From an uncultured Candidatus Woesearchaeota archaeon (GTDB taxonomy: Archaea > Nanobdellota > Nanobdellia > UBA10117): a stretch of 64,000 nt of DNA. Position 1 is the stretch's first letter; every line of letters begins with the position of its first letter. Shown one piece after another: positions 52,889-61,506 of this stretch. A program made the position numbers and the translations under genes. The stretch lies in contig CAIPHS010000003.1 of the NCBI GenBank assembly GCA_903864915.1, positions 5,345-69,344 on the forward strand, given 5' to 3'. A model generated the notes under the pieces. The model made no database searches. It was not told the DNA's origin and saw only the letters and a program-made list of their open reading frames with translations.

Positions 52889-54378
52889 TGGCTTGGCCTT
52901 TTAAGAAGAAATCTGCAGCACCTGCACCAGCCGCAGCACCGGCACAGGCGCCACCAGAGGTTGGAGCACTTCAAAGATTGGGTGGCGGTGCAAAATCAAC
53001 GTTATTCTCAGGTCTTTCAAAAGCCAAGGGCAAGAGTGGCTGGGCACTTGTCATTGCCATACTTGTTGCGGTTGGCTACTTTTTGTATGGCATGGCGACC
53101 GGATTTGTAGGGTTCTTTTCGACAGTTCCTTTTTACTTTCAAATATTGATAATTGGAATAATTCTCACGATTTTGGTTGGCGCCGCCACAAAATCCGGGA
53201 GCGCCGCAGTAGGAATATTTTTCTTTTTCTTAATAATGACTTTCGCAGTGTGGTATCTTACTGCAACACCTTATGGCCAGCACATAATGGGCAAGGCAGA
53301 AATCGGCGGCGTTGGCGTTGCAGGCAGTTTGAAGACTGTAACAGGACCTTTGAATGTTGTAAGCCAGGTTTTTGCAGGAACATATAATCCTGAAAACCTC
53401 TGGCGTTCAGATACTGTTGAATCGCAGTATGAAACTGTAACGGATGTCGGCGTAACAATGCTTAATGTGGCACCTGTGCGCGATACGTTTTATTCAGACC
53501 AGGATCTTGTGATACAAGGCAGGCTTAATGCTGTCAGCTTCCCAGGCTCGACTATTAATGCAACATTGGACGCTTGCCATTTGCTGGATCCTTTGGATCC
53601 AGAAAGTAAATGCGAGTCTGAAAACTGGACTTGCACACCAAACAACTTGAAAGTGAGTGTTGCCAGAAACAGGCTATTCACCTGCAACCACAGCAGCGTT
53701 CCGTTTTTCCCAGAACAGCCAGTTTATACTGTCAAATTAACAGCAACCGCTGTAGGCACACAGACTGTTGCAGGAAAGCAGTTTGTATTTGCAGATGTTG
53801 ACGCCTTGCTCGCATTAGACCCTAATGCAGACCAGTTGGATGCCTTGGGAATATCAAGAGACAGCTTGAACAGCTGGCAGAAGGGCGACCAATCATTGAA
53901 TTTAGGAATTGGAGCATCAGGTGACCCTGAAGTGCTCGAGGCAGACACCGCAGATAAGGCAATTGATTATTATATTGGTGTCAATGTTGAGAATCCAACT
54001 TCACACACCGGTGTCGCAAAGTTGTACAGCATGCCAGATTATGAATTAGTCTTGTACATCCCGTCTGATTTCGTGCAAGCCCAATCTGGAAAACAGGGAG
54101 TTTTCAATTGTATTCCTATTGTTGATAACAAAACACTGAAATCTGAATTTGACAGCATGAGTTTGCAAGCCCCGCAAACAACTAATATTTCAAAATGCAC
54201 TGCGACAATACAGTCTAAATTGGCTTCAGGCGATAGACAGACTGCTTTGGTAAAGATCAAAGTGACAAAAGAAGAATTGAATAACCAGACATTCAGCACG
54301 TTCTTCGTGCTGGCAAAGCTCAAATATGACTATTCAAATGAACAGCTTGTCCCATTAACCATACAAGCCGCGCCATGA
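52888..54378 (+). CDS. membrane protein with A/P-rich N-terminus, about 4 TM helices and a large extracellular domain (496 aa)
   Basis: Start overlaps the upstream stop (TAATG). Sequence reads KAKGKSGWALVIAILVAVGYF... Confidence 0.55.
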   Translation: MAWPFKKKSAAPAPAAAPAQAPPEVGALQRLGGGAKSTLFSGLSKAKGKSGWALVIAILVAVGYFLYGMATGFVGFFSTVPFYFQILIIGIILTILVGAATKSGSAAVGIFFFFLIMTFAVWYLTATPYGQHIMGKAEIGGVGVAGSLKTVTGPLNVVSQVFAGTYNPENLWRSDTVESQYETVTDVGVTMLNVAPVRDTFYSDQDLVIQGRLNAVSFPGSTINATLDACHLLDPLDPESKCESENWTCTPNNLKVSVARNRLFTCNHSSVPFFPEQPVYTVKLTATAVGTQTVAGKQFVFADVDALLALDPNADQLDALGISRDSLNSWQKGDQSLNLGIGASGDPEVLEADTADKAIDYYIGVNVENPTSHTGVAKLYSMPDYELVLYIPSDFVQAQSGKQGVFNCIPIVDNKTLKSEFDSMSLQAPQTTNISKCTATIQSKLASGDRQTALVKIKVTKEELNNQTFSTFFVLAKLKYDYSNEQLVPLTIQAAP

Positions 54379-54385
54379 GATTGAT

Positions 54386-55291
54386 ATGAAAAAAGAAATA
54401 ATGTTGGTAGCAGCAGTAATTGCGCTAGTTGCATTTAGCGGATGCTTAAGCAAGCAGGAAACTACGACAGCTTTTGTCGGCGGAACAAACGGGCTGACGA
54501 TGCAATTCCAAAACCTGCCAGCCACAGTATTCTCTAACACACCTTTCAACATTATGGTTTTGGTTAATAATGAAGGCGAGTCGAATATCCTGGCTAACAA
54601 CGCTACTTTTCTGCTTAACAATGCGCAGGTTTTGGGAATTACGAGTGATGTGATCCAAAAAAACAGCAAAGCCCTGGCTGGCAGCAAGAAAATCGGGACC
54701 TCTATCATCCCTGGCAGCCCGCAGCTCATAAACTGGACGGGAGCAAAATTCTCAGGCACAGTTCTGACGGAGCAGCAAAAGGTTACCGTTTCAGTTGAGG
54801 CTTGCTATCCTTATAACAGCCTGGGCATAGCATCTGTTTGCGTTGCAAGGACAGACAAGATTTGTAATCCAATAGGTGATAAGTCCGTACAAAGTTCCGG
54901 CGCACCAGTCAAATTTACAAGTTTCAAGCAGCTTGCGCAGTCCAATGACGCAGAAACAGTGCATCTGGAGATAACTGCGGGAATAGAAAACCAGGGAGAC
55001 GGGAAAGTTTACAGCAATTCTGTTGACTCCCAGTGCCCATCACCTAAGGTAGACTACCTTGACATGGTTTATGTGCTTGGAATAAAACTCGGCAATAAAG
55101 CAATAACATCTTTGAAATGCGACGAGAATCCTATAACACTATACGAAAATAAAGGCGAAATAAACTGTGGCTTTGATGTAAGCACAACAGCCGATTTCGA
55201 AGAGCAGCTTTCCATAGAGCTGGCCTACAAATACAAGAACAAGATTTCTTCTGAAATAGCAGTGATACCTAAGAGCGGAAATCTGAAGTAA
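54386..55291 (+). CDS. putative lipoprotein (lipobox AFSGC), paralog of 55365..56435
   Basis: LVAFSGCLSKQETTTAFVGGTNGLTMQF and VQSSGAPVKFTS align with the next ORF. Confidence 0.6.
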   Translation: MKKEIMLVAAVIALVAFSGCLSKQETTTAFVGGTNGLTMQFQNLPATVFSNTPFNIMVLVNNEGESNILANNATFLLNNAQVLGITSDVIQKNSKALAGSKKIGTSIIPGSPQLINWTGAKFSGTVLTEQQKVTVSVEACYPYNSLGIASVCVARTDKICNPIGDKSVQSSGAPVKFTSFKQLAQSNDAETVHLEITAGIENQGDGKVYSNSVDSQCPSPKVDYLDMVYVLGIKLGNKAITSLKCDENPITLYENKGEINCGFDVSTTADFEEQLSIELAYKYKNKISSEIAVIPKSGNLK

Positions 55292-55364
55292 GCCTCTGCA
55301 GAGGTTGTTTTCACGCAGTTTTAACAAAACCTTTTAAATGGCAAATTTCTGATAGGGATAGGCC

Positions 55365-56435
55365 ATGGACAAAAAAATAAGTTTCCTAATTGTAGTACTA
55401 TTTGCGGTTCTAGTCGCATTCAGCGGTTGCTCAAGCAAGACAAAAACGCAGACCACAACTGCACAAGCTGCTTTTGTCGGAGGCTCACAAGGTTTAGCAC
55501 TTTCCTTCTTGCCCGGCGAGCCACCAGCACAGCTGGTTGACTGCCAGCATTTCACTGCAGGCATTCAAGTTGAAAACAAAGGTGAAGCTAATGCAAGCAT
55601 GGTTTTGTACCTGTCCGGCATAGATTTGGACGGATTCAACATGAAGGGAGACAGAGCTGCAACTCTAAACCTCAACCCGGCAAAAAAGATAGGGCAAAGT
55701 GTTGTTCCAGGCCAGCAAAAAGTTCAATCCTTCGAATTCGATGGCCGAGATGTTTTTGCAACAGGCTCATTCACTCTTTACGCAAATGCACTTTATAATT
55801 ATCAAACGCAAGCAGTTTCTTCAGTTTGTTTGAACGAGAATGTTTACCAGCAAACCACTGGCGGACCTGAAACTTGCAAGGTCTCTGGCACAAAGACTGT
55901 AGAAAATTCCGGTGCGCCAATCAAAGTCACCTCAGTTGAGGAAAACCCTGGCGGATTCATAGTTAAAGTAAGCAATTCAGGCAAAGGTTACTCTTTCCTA
56001 GGCCCAAACGACATTTTGCCAGTTATAAACTCTGTAACAAGGGACACAGATATACTTTCAAATCCCGACCAAAAAGATAAAGTCAAGATACAGGCCAAAA
56101 TCGGGGCTAATACACTAACGTGCTCTCCAGACGCCATCACACTGGTAAACGGCGCAGGGCAGACTTTCTGCGATATGCCAACCAACATAAAAGGTACGTT
56201 TGTAGACTTGCTTGAAATGACTGTGTCCTACGGTTATGCCGACAGGACTTCAACAGCATTCACAATAGAGAATATTCCTGGAAAGACTTGCACTGCTGGA
56301 ACTGGAACCAGCGCAAACAAGGGAAAATGTCCTGACACCACTTCACAAGCGACGCTTGATGCAGTGGGCGGTTGCGCAGCAATAACTCAGGCACAATATC
56401 CAAATATATGGACTCAATGTAACTGCGGAGCATGA
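55365..56435 (+). CDS. putative lipoprotein (lipobox AFSGC), paralog of 54386..55291
   Basis: LVAFSGCSSKTKTQTTTAQAAFVGGSQGLALSF and VENSGAPIKVTS. Confidence 0.6.
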   Translation: MDKKISFLIVVLFAVLVAFSGCSSKTKTQTTTAQAAFVGGSQGLALSFLPGEPPAQLVDCQHFTAGIQVENKGEANASMVLYLSGIDLDGFNMKGDRAATLNLNPAKKIGQSVVPGQQKVQSFEFDGRDVFATGSFTLYANALYNYQTQAVSSVCLNENVYQQTTGGPETCKVSGTKTVENSGAPIKVTSVEENPGGFIVKVSNSGKGYSFLGPNDILPVINSVTRDTDILSNPDQKDKVKIQAKIGANTLTCSPDAITLVNGAGQTFCDMPTNIKGTFVDLLEMTVSYGYADRTSTAFTIENIPGKTCTAGTGTSANKGKCPDTTSQATLDAVGGCAAITQAQYPNIWTQCNCGA

Positions 56436-57013
56436 AAACGTATGCAATTATTTTGATTTTCGCTTTGTCGTTCTTAGTTGTAATAGGCTGCGCTGCGGCC
56501 GTAACAAAAGATGACTTGCTCAAGGCGCTGGACTCTGCGCTTGCAGATGGCCAGATTGATGCATCTGAAAAAACACATTTGCTTGGTCTTTTAGACAGCT
56601 ATCTTGGAGGAGAGCAGCCAAAATTTGCATTACCTGATCTTGTAATAACTGATATTCAAATCGAACCGGTTAATCCTGAAATGGCACTGCCGACAAAAGG
56701 ATATAACCTTACGGCAAAAGTAACTATAACAAACATAGGGAATGAGTCTGCAGGTCTCGGCCAAGATGAGATGTGCACAATTATCAACAAAGTAAATGCG
56801 GATGGTACTGTTGGTGATAAAATTGACCAGATTTGCACGGGCGATACAATAGCTCCGGGTAAAACTTTCTTGTTTGATTTTAGCCTATCTCCATTTAAAT
56901 ACGATGCAGGTGGAACGTATGAGGTATATGCCAATGTTGATTCAACACATACGCAAGTAGAATCTAATGAGACCAACAACGAGGCAACAAAAGCTTTCCA
57001 GGTTTATACATAA
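56432..57013 (+). CDS. putative lipoprotein with CARDB-like domain (193 aa)
   Basis: The lipobox-like VVIGC, then LPDLVITDIQIEPVNP...YNLTAKVTITNIGNESAG...YEVYANVDSTHTQVESNETNNEATKAF, match the CARDB pattern. The start overlaps the upstream stop. Confidence 0.6.
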   Translation: MKTYAIILIFALSFLVVIGCAAAVTKDDLLKALDSALADGQIDASEKTHLLGLLDSYLGGEQPKFALPDLVITDIQIEPVNPEMALPTKGYNLTAKVTITNIGNESAGLGQDEMCTIINKVNADGTVGDKIDQICTGDTIAPGKTFLFDFSLSPFKYDAGGTYEVYANVDSTHTQVESNETNNEATKAFQVYT

Positions 57014-57028
57014 TTTTATATATTTTAT
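57014..57028 (+). promoter_or_regulatory. candidate TATA region
   Basis: TTTTATATATTTTA is centred about 26 nt upstream of the ATG at 57046. Confidence 0.35.
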
Positions 57029-57045
57029 AGCTCTTCTAATTTTAT

Positions 57046-58290
57046 ATGAGAATAATTTCTGACTTGCACATACATTCCAGATTCTCAAGAGCATGTTCCC
57101 CTGATCTGAACCTGCAGAATCTTGAGAAGTGGGCTCTGCTTAAAGGCCTTAACCTGCTTGGAACAGGAGATTTTACGCATCCCCTCTGGCTAAATGAGCT
57201 GAAGCAGCAGCTGCAGCCAAAGGAAAAGGGAATTTTCTCTTTTGGCAACATGAATTTCCTACTCACGACAGAGATATCAAATGTTTACACTGTAAACGAG
57301 AAGACGAAGAAGGTGCACCATGTTGTAATCTCGCCGAGTTTCGAGGTTGCAGAGCAAATCAATGAGTATCTGTCAAAATTCTGCAATATGTCATCAGATG
57401 GAAGGCCAACAGTGAAGATACCCTGTCCAGATTTTGTTGAAAAATTAAAATCCATATCTGCCGATGTAGAAATCATACCTGCGCACGCGTGGACACCGCA
57501 CTTTTCGCTGTTCGGAAGCAAGTCCGGCTTCAATTCCATAGAGGAGTGCTATCAGGATGCGAAGAAACATATTCACGCGATAGAAACGGGCATGTCATCA
57601 GACCCTGCAATGAACTGGCGCTTGTCGCAATTAGATAACATACAACTGGTCTCATTCTCAGACAGCCACAGCTTCTGGCCGTGGCGCATTGGCAGGGAAG
57701 CTACAATCTTCAGCACTGGGTTTGATTACGACAAGATAATCGGCGCTATAAGGACTGGGGAAGGGCTGGCAGGAACTGTTGAGACCGACCCTGGCTATGG
57801 CAAGTACCATTATGATGGGCACAGGAACTGCAACGTGTGGATGGAACCCGAGCAGTCAAGGAAATACAACAACAGGTGCCCAAAATGCGGGAAAAGCCTG
57901 ACGATTGGCGTTCTTAACAGGGTTGAGGAGCTTGCAGACAGGCCCGTAGATTACAAGCCGAAAGGCAGGCCGCCATTCTACACTTTGTTGCCGTTAGCAG
58001 AGCTGTTGGCTGCAGTCTTGGGTGCAAAGAATGTAACGGCGAAGCCAGTGCTGCAATTGTATAATGAAATGCTGAAAAAATTCAGCTCCGAATACTCCAT
58101 CCTGCTGGAAACGCCGCAGGAAAAGCTTGCAGAAGCTGTCGGCGACAAAACTGCAGAATTGATAATGCAAAACAAGCAAGGAAAACTGACAATACAGCCA
58201 GGCTATGATGGTGTGTATGGAAAATTGCTTTTGGAAAAAAACGAAAAGGCTGAACAATTTGCAGGCCAAAAATCAATTTTTGATTACTAG
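57046..58290 (+). CDS. endonuclease Q-like PHP-domain nuclease (EndoQ / TIGR00375 family)
   Basis: MRIISDLHIHSRFSRACS...LKGLNLLGTGDFTHPLW is an EndoQ-type PHP N-terminus. It also has the zinc finger CPKCGKSLTIGVLNRVEELADR. Confidence 0.7.
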   Translation: MRIISDLHIHSRFSRACSPDLNLQNLEKWALLKGLNLLGTGDFTHPLWLNELKQQLQPKEKGIFSFGNMNFLLTTEISNVYTVNEKTKKVHHVVISPSFEVAEQINEYLSKFCNMSSDGRPTVKIPCPDFVEKLKSISADVEIIPAHAWTPHFSLFGSKSGFNSIEECYQDAKKHIHAIETGMSSDPAMNWRLSQLDNIQLVSFSDSHSFWPWRIGREATIFSTGFDYDKIIGAIRTGEGLAGTVETDPGYGKYHYDGHRNCNVWMEPEQSRKYNNRCPKCGKSLTIGVLNRVEELADRPVDYKPKGRPPFYTLLPLAELLAAVLGAKNVTAKPVLQLYNEMLKKFSSEYSILLETPQEKLAEAVGDKTAELIMQNKQGKLTIQPGYDGVYGKLLLEKNEKAEQFAGQKSIFDY

Positions 58291-58302
58291 AACATTTTTT
58301 CT

Positions 58303-59085
58303 TTACTGAGTCAGGAAAGTTCCGGAATTTGCTGTCATGTGCTTGGTTAATTCCGCTTGTATGGACTTCAGAGTCTCATCAAGAGCCTTCTTGTTAGTGC
58401 TTTCCAACTTGAATTTGTATTTCGGTGCAGAAATGTATTTTATTTCCAGGTCTGCCTTTGCATTTTCAGCAAGTTCCTGTGCTTTTGCAACAGCACTTTT
58501 TATCACTTCAACGCCATTTGCAGCTGAAGATTGCAGTAAGAAGTAGCCTTCTATCTCCGCCTTTGGCGGAGTTATTCTTTTCTGTATCAGTGTTGCGAGC
58601 TGCTCGGCAAGCTTGCTTTCAACCTCTATTTTATTTAAGACCGAAACACCTTTCTGTGAAATTTCTATGAAACCAGGGTATAATGCGCCGTAAGCTTCAA
58701 TGATTTTGTTGCCAACCTTTTCATACGCAGCCTTGCTAGCCAGGCCAACCTGTTTTGCAAAGACTTCCAGTATGTCGTTCGCAATCTTTTCATTGCCCCA
58801 TTGCTGCAGCTTTGTCCTTCTCTGTCCCTCTCCCACCCGTCTCAGGGAAAGTTCCGCATATCTTTTTTGCAAGTCCATGGACATGACCTTGCAGACTAAT
58901 TTGGTGCCGGGTTTCAGGTAAACTTTCATAGCCCTTACCTGCTTTCTGGCAATTTCAGAAACATGAATCATGCCTTCCACTTTCTCATATTCGTCAAGGA
59001 TTGCAAAAACTGAACTTGGGTTGGCGTCCCTGATGGTGCAAATGACCATTTCATCTTTTTCAGGCAGGTTCTTCTTAGTATACAT
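58303..59085 (-). CDS. translation initiation factor aIF2 alpha
   Basis: N-terminal S1 domain (EMVICTIRDANPSSVFAILDEY..VEGMIHVSEIA) and aIF2-alpha size (260 aa). The conserved neighbourhood with S27e/L44e supports the call. Confidence 0.85.
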   Translation of the reverse strand: MYTKKNLPEKDEMVICTIRDANPSSVFAILDEYEKVEGMIHVSEIARKQVRAMKVYLKPGTKLVCKVMSMDLQKRYAELSLRRVGEGQRRTKLQQWGNEKIANDILEVFAKQVGLASKAAYEKVGNKIIEAYGALYPGFIEISQKGVSVLNKIEVESKLAEQLATLIQKRITPPKAEIEGYFLLQSSAANGVEVIKSAVAKAQELAENAKADLEIKYISAPKYKFKLESTNKKALDETLKSIQAELTKHMTANSGTFLTQ

Positions 59086-59124
59086 GAAAATTACTTCTCG
59101 AAAGTTGACTTATAACTCTTGCGT

Positions 59125-59307
59125 TTAAGAAAGCACTTCAAGTATGTGGCCTATGATTTTTGCAGCGCCACCAGTCGGTTCTGCAAGTATCTCGCTGCAT
59201 ACGAGGCATTTTACCGGTGTCGCTGATTTGCTGAAAATTATCTGCTCGTTCTTGCATTTCTCGCATCTAACTTTTATAAATTTTGATTTCAACTCTTGTG
59301 TTTTCAT
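59125..59307 (-). CDS. rps27e: ribosomal protein S27e (eS27)
   Basis: 60 aa with the zinc ribbon FIKVRCEKCKNEQIIFSKSATPVKCLVCSEIL. Confidence 0.85.
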   Translation of the reverse strand: MKTQELKSKFIKVRCEKCKNEQIIFSKSATPVKCLVCSEILAEPTGGAAKIIGHILEVLS

Positions 59308-59597
59308 GTTAGCTCCACTTTTCTAACCCTTCTTGGGTGTTGCTTAAAGTGTGATTTGCCACATTTTGTGCACTGGAATCTCAAGTTTGCCTTCTTTGTA
59401 GTCTTGGATTTTTCATGGATTATTGGCCTTGGAGATCCGCCATAGCCGGATGATATGAAAGCATAATGCCTGACTCCCCACTTCAAGGCGCGTTTCCTTG
59501 TGGTTGGTTTCGCTTTTGTTTTTTCCGCGATAACTTTGTGTAACTGGTGCTTTTTGCACGAAGGGCAGTACTTACGGATTTGCTTTGGTATTTTCAT
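59304..59597 (-). CDS. rpl44e: ribosomal protein L44e (eL42)
   Basis: MKIPKQIRKYCPSCKKHQLHKV...GYGGSPRPI...LRFQCTKCGKSH. Confidence 0.85.
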   Translation of the reverse strand: MKIPKQIRKYCPSCKKHQLHKVIAEKTKAKPTTRKRALKWGVRHYAFISSGYGGSPRPIIHEKSKTTKKANLRFQCTKCGKSHFKQHPRRVRKVELT

Positions 59598-60204
59598 CTC
59601 TTATTTCCACATGGATTATTTCGGCCGCCTTGCCTTGTTTCAGCAGGAGTTCCGCTAATTCTGAGGGCAATTCTACCTCTGCAGTTGCGGCAAACGGCCC
59701 GTACCTGTTCAATTGAGTATCCATCAGTTCAGGTATGGCTTCAACTAACTTTACACGTTTGAAGTTCTCTTTTAAAGTCTTCGGTTTTTCTTCCAAGTAG
59801 TCTTGGTTGAGGAAACTGTAGAACTCCTCTCCGCTCTGCCTCAACATCTCCAAAAGCGCAAAATATAGTTTTTCTTCGGACAAAAGCATGTTTGTAGTGT
59901 CTTTTAATTTGAAATTGCTGCGTGCGCAGAACACTGCCCTGCTTATGACTTTCCTTTCCCGCTTGTCATACAAGTCTTTCACTGCGCGCTTGGCATTTTC
60001 CAGCTCGATTTTCGTCTTTTCGGCAGCCTCATCAAATGCGACTTCCTTCTGCCTGACTAGAAACTCCTCTTTGGACTTGAAGTAAGCATTAGTTTTTCTT
60101 AATTGCTCCTTGTCTATTTGCTGTAAATCTGTTGAGTACTTTTCAGCTCTCAGAATTTCATACAAATCTTCATAAGTGAATTCTCCCATTACAGCCTCCA
60201 ACAT
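59572..60204 (-). CDS. GINS subunit (Gins51/Gins15-like)
   Basis: 210 aa helical protein, FTYEDLYEILRAEKYSTDLQQI..., lying between priS and L44e. That is the conserved archaeal position of the GINS gene. Confidence 0.6.
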   Translation of the reverse strand: MLEAVMGEFTYEDLYEILRAEKYSTDLQQIDKEQLRKTNAYFKSKEEFLVRQKEVAFDEAAEKTKIELENAKRAVKDLYDKRERKVISRAVFCARSNFKLKDTTNMLLSEEKLYFALLEMLRQSGEEFYSFLNQDYLEEKPKTLKENFKRVKLVEAIPELMDTQLNRYGPFAATAEVELPSELAELLLKQGKAAEIIHVEIRDENTKANP

Positions 60205-60214
60205 TCTAACTTAG

Positions 60215-61477
60215 CTATTGTTTAATAACTTTTTTGCCGATTTTGTGTTTTGGGTAGCTTATCGGGTTTTTTACTCTATTGCATGTGAAATCTGGCTTGC
60301 ATATGCCAATATCCTGGTAAAATGCCCTGCAGTTTGGCGGAGGAACAGATTCTCTGTGCCTTGAATGCCAACTTAGCTGTGACTTTACGTAGCCAGTCTT
60401 CAGTGGCGGGTTGTTTTTGTTGTTGCAGTCATATACGAACTGTTCTATTTCCAGCCACGGCCATTTCACGCTCTTCAGGAAATTGATTAATGAGAACAAG
60501 CTTCTTTTTCTTCCATCCGGCAAGCCCTCCATGATGCATTTGATGCACGGCGGGAAAGCTTCAACAGGCACCTTGTCAGCATACTCAACCTTGATTACTT
60601 CCCTTGTCTGCTGTTTTTCTTTACTCCTAATGTTCCAATCCAAAGCCTGCATCAATAATTGTGAAGCCTCTCCGCTCCCGACATGTTCAGGGTCTAGAAA
60701 TTTCATGCTGACTGTTTTGATATTTTCGGGTTTGGCCATTTCTGGCTGAAATTTGTTAACATCTCTGGGTTTCATGGGCAAAGAAACAAGGCCTTTCTTC
60801 TCATTGAGTGAGTAGGGCATCCTGAAAAGATGCCTCGGTGATATCAAAATAGTGTCTATTTCCAGCAATTTATATGGGTTCAACGTGCCATTTTGCATGA
60901 ACTCTGAAGGCTTTTTGCCGCTTTTTTCGCTGATTTTCTTCACATCGCCCTCCAATTCAGCGATGTCTCTTGCCAAAGGCTGTCGAATATATTCGCGAAG
61001 ATATTTTGCAACAATCTGTGCCACATCAGGGAATGCCCATCTCTCGTCAGCAGCAAAGGCTTCCCAAGGAATACCTATGTGAAAGCCAGTCCCGCCTGAG
61101 AACTTTATGCTGTAATGCTCGACGCTATGCGTTTCCAAGGCCCACATCAGCAGCTTTGCGCAAACTTTCGCCCACTCAAAGATTTTGCAGTCTATGTCCA
61201 AAACCAGGTCAAAGCCTATTCTCAACGCATCAAGGTCTTTCTTCTCAGAATTGCTCGTCAAGTTTAGCGGATTGCTCCACCTTTCTTCAGAGCAATGGAA
61301 TGAAGTTGCGCCCGACCTGACTTGTTTTATGACATCAGAAGGTAATTCCAGGACATCAGGCCGCTTGCCAAAAGCCTGGCCAAATTGCGTAGCGACTTCC
61401 CTGTCTTTTGCGAATCTAACTAGTTCTTGCTGTATGGGTAAACTAGAATAATATCTTATCAGTTCGCTGAGCCTCAT
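60215..61477 (-). CDS. priS: DNA primase: PriS catalytic domain fused to a PriL C-terminal-like module
   Basis: The PriS motifs are FGKRPDVLELPSD, SFHCSEERW, DLVLDIDCK (DxD) and FSGGTGFHI. The C-terminal FPPCIKCIMEGLPDGRKRSLFSLINFLKS plus further Cys residues resemble the PriL-CTD 'PPC...FL' Fe-S region. Confidence 0.8.
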   Translation of the reverse strand: MRLSELIRYYSSLPIQQELVRFAKDREVATQFGQAFGKRPDVLELPSDVIKQVRSGATSFHCSEERWSNPLNLTSNSEKKDLDALRIGFDLVLDIDCKIFEWAKVCAKLLMWALETHSVEHYSIKFSGGTGFHIGIPWEAFAADERWAFPDVAQIVAKYLREYIRQPLARDIAELEGDVKKISEKSGKKPSEFMQNGTLNPYKLLEIDTILISPRHLFRMPYSLNEKKGLVSLPMKPRDVNKFQPEMAKPENIKTVSMKFLDPEHVGSGEASQLLMQALDWNIRSKEKQQTREVIKVEYADKVPVEAFPPCIKCIMEGLPDGRKRSLFSLINFLKSVKWPWLEIEQFVYDCNNKNNPPLKTGYVKSQLSWHSRHRESVPPPNCRAFYQDIGICKPDFTCNRVKNPISYPKHKIGKKVIKQ

Positions 61478-61506
61478 ACGTTTTTGTGGGAACTAAAGAT
61501 TAAAAA

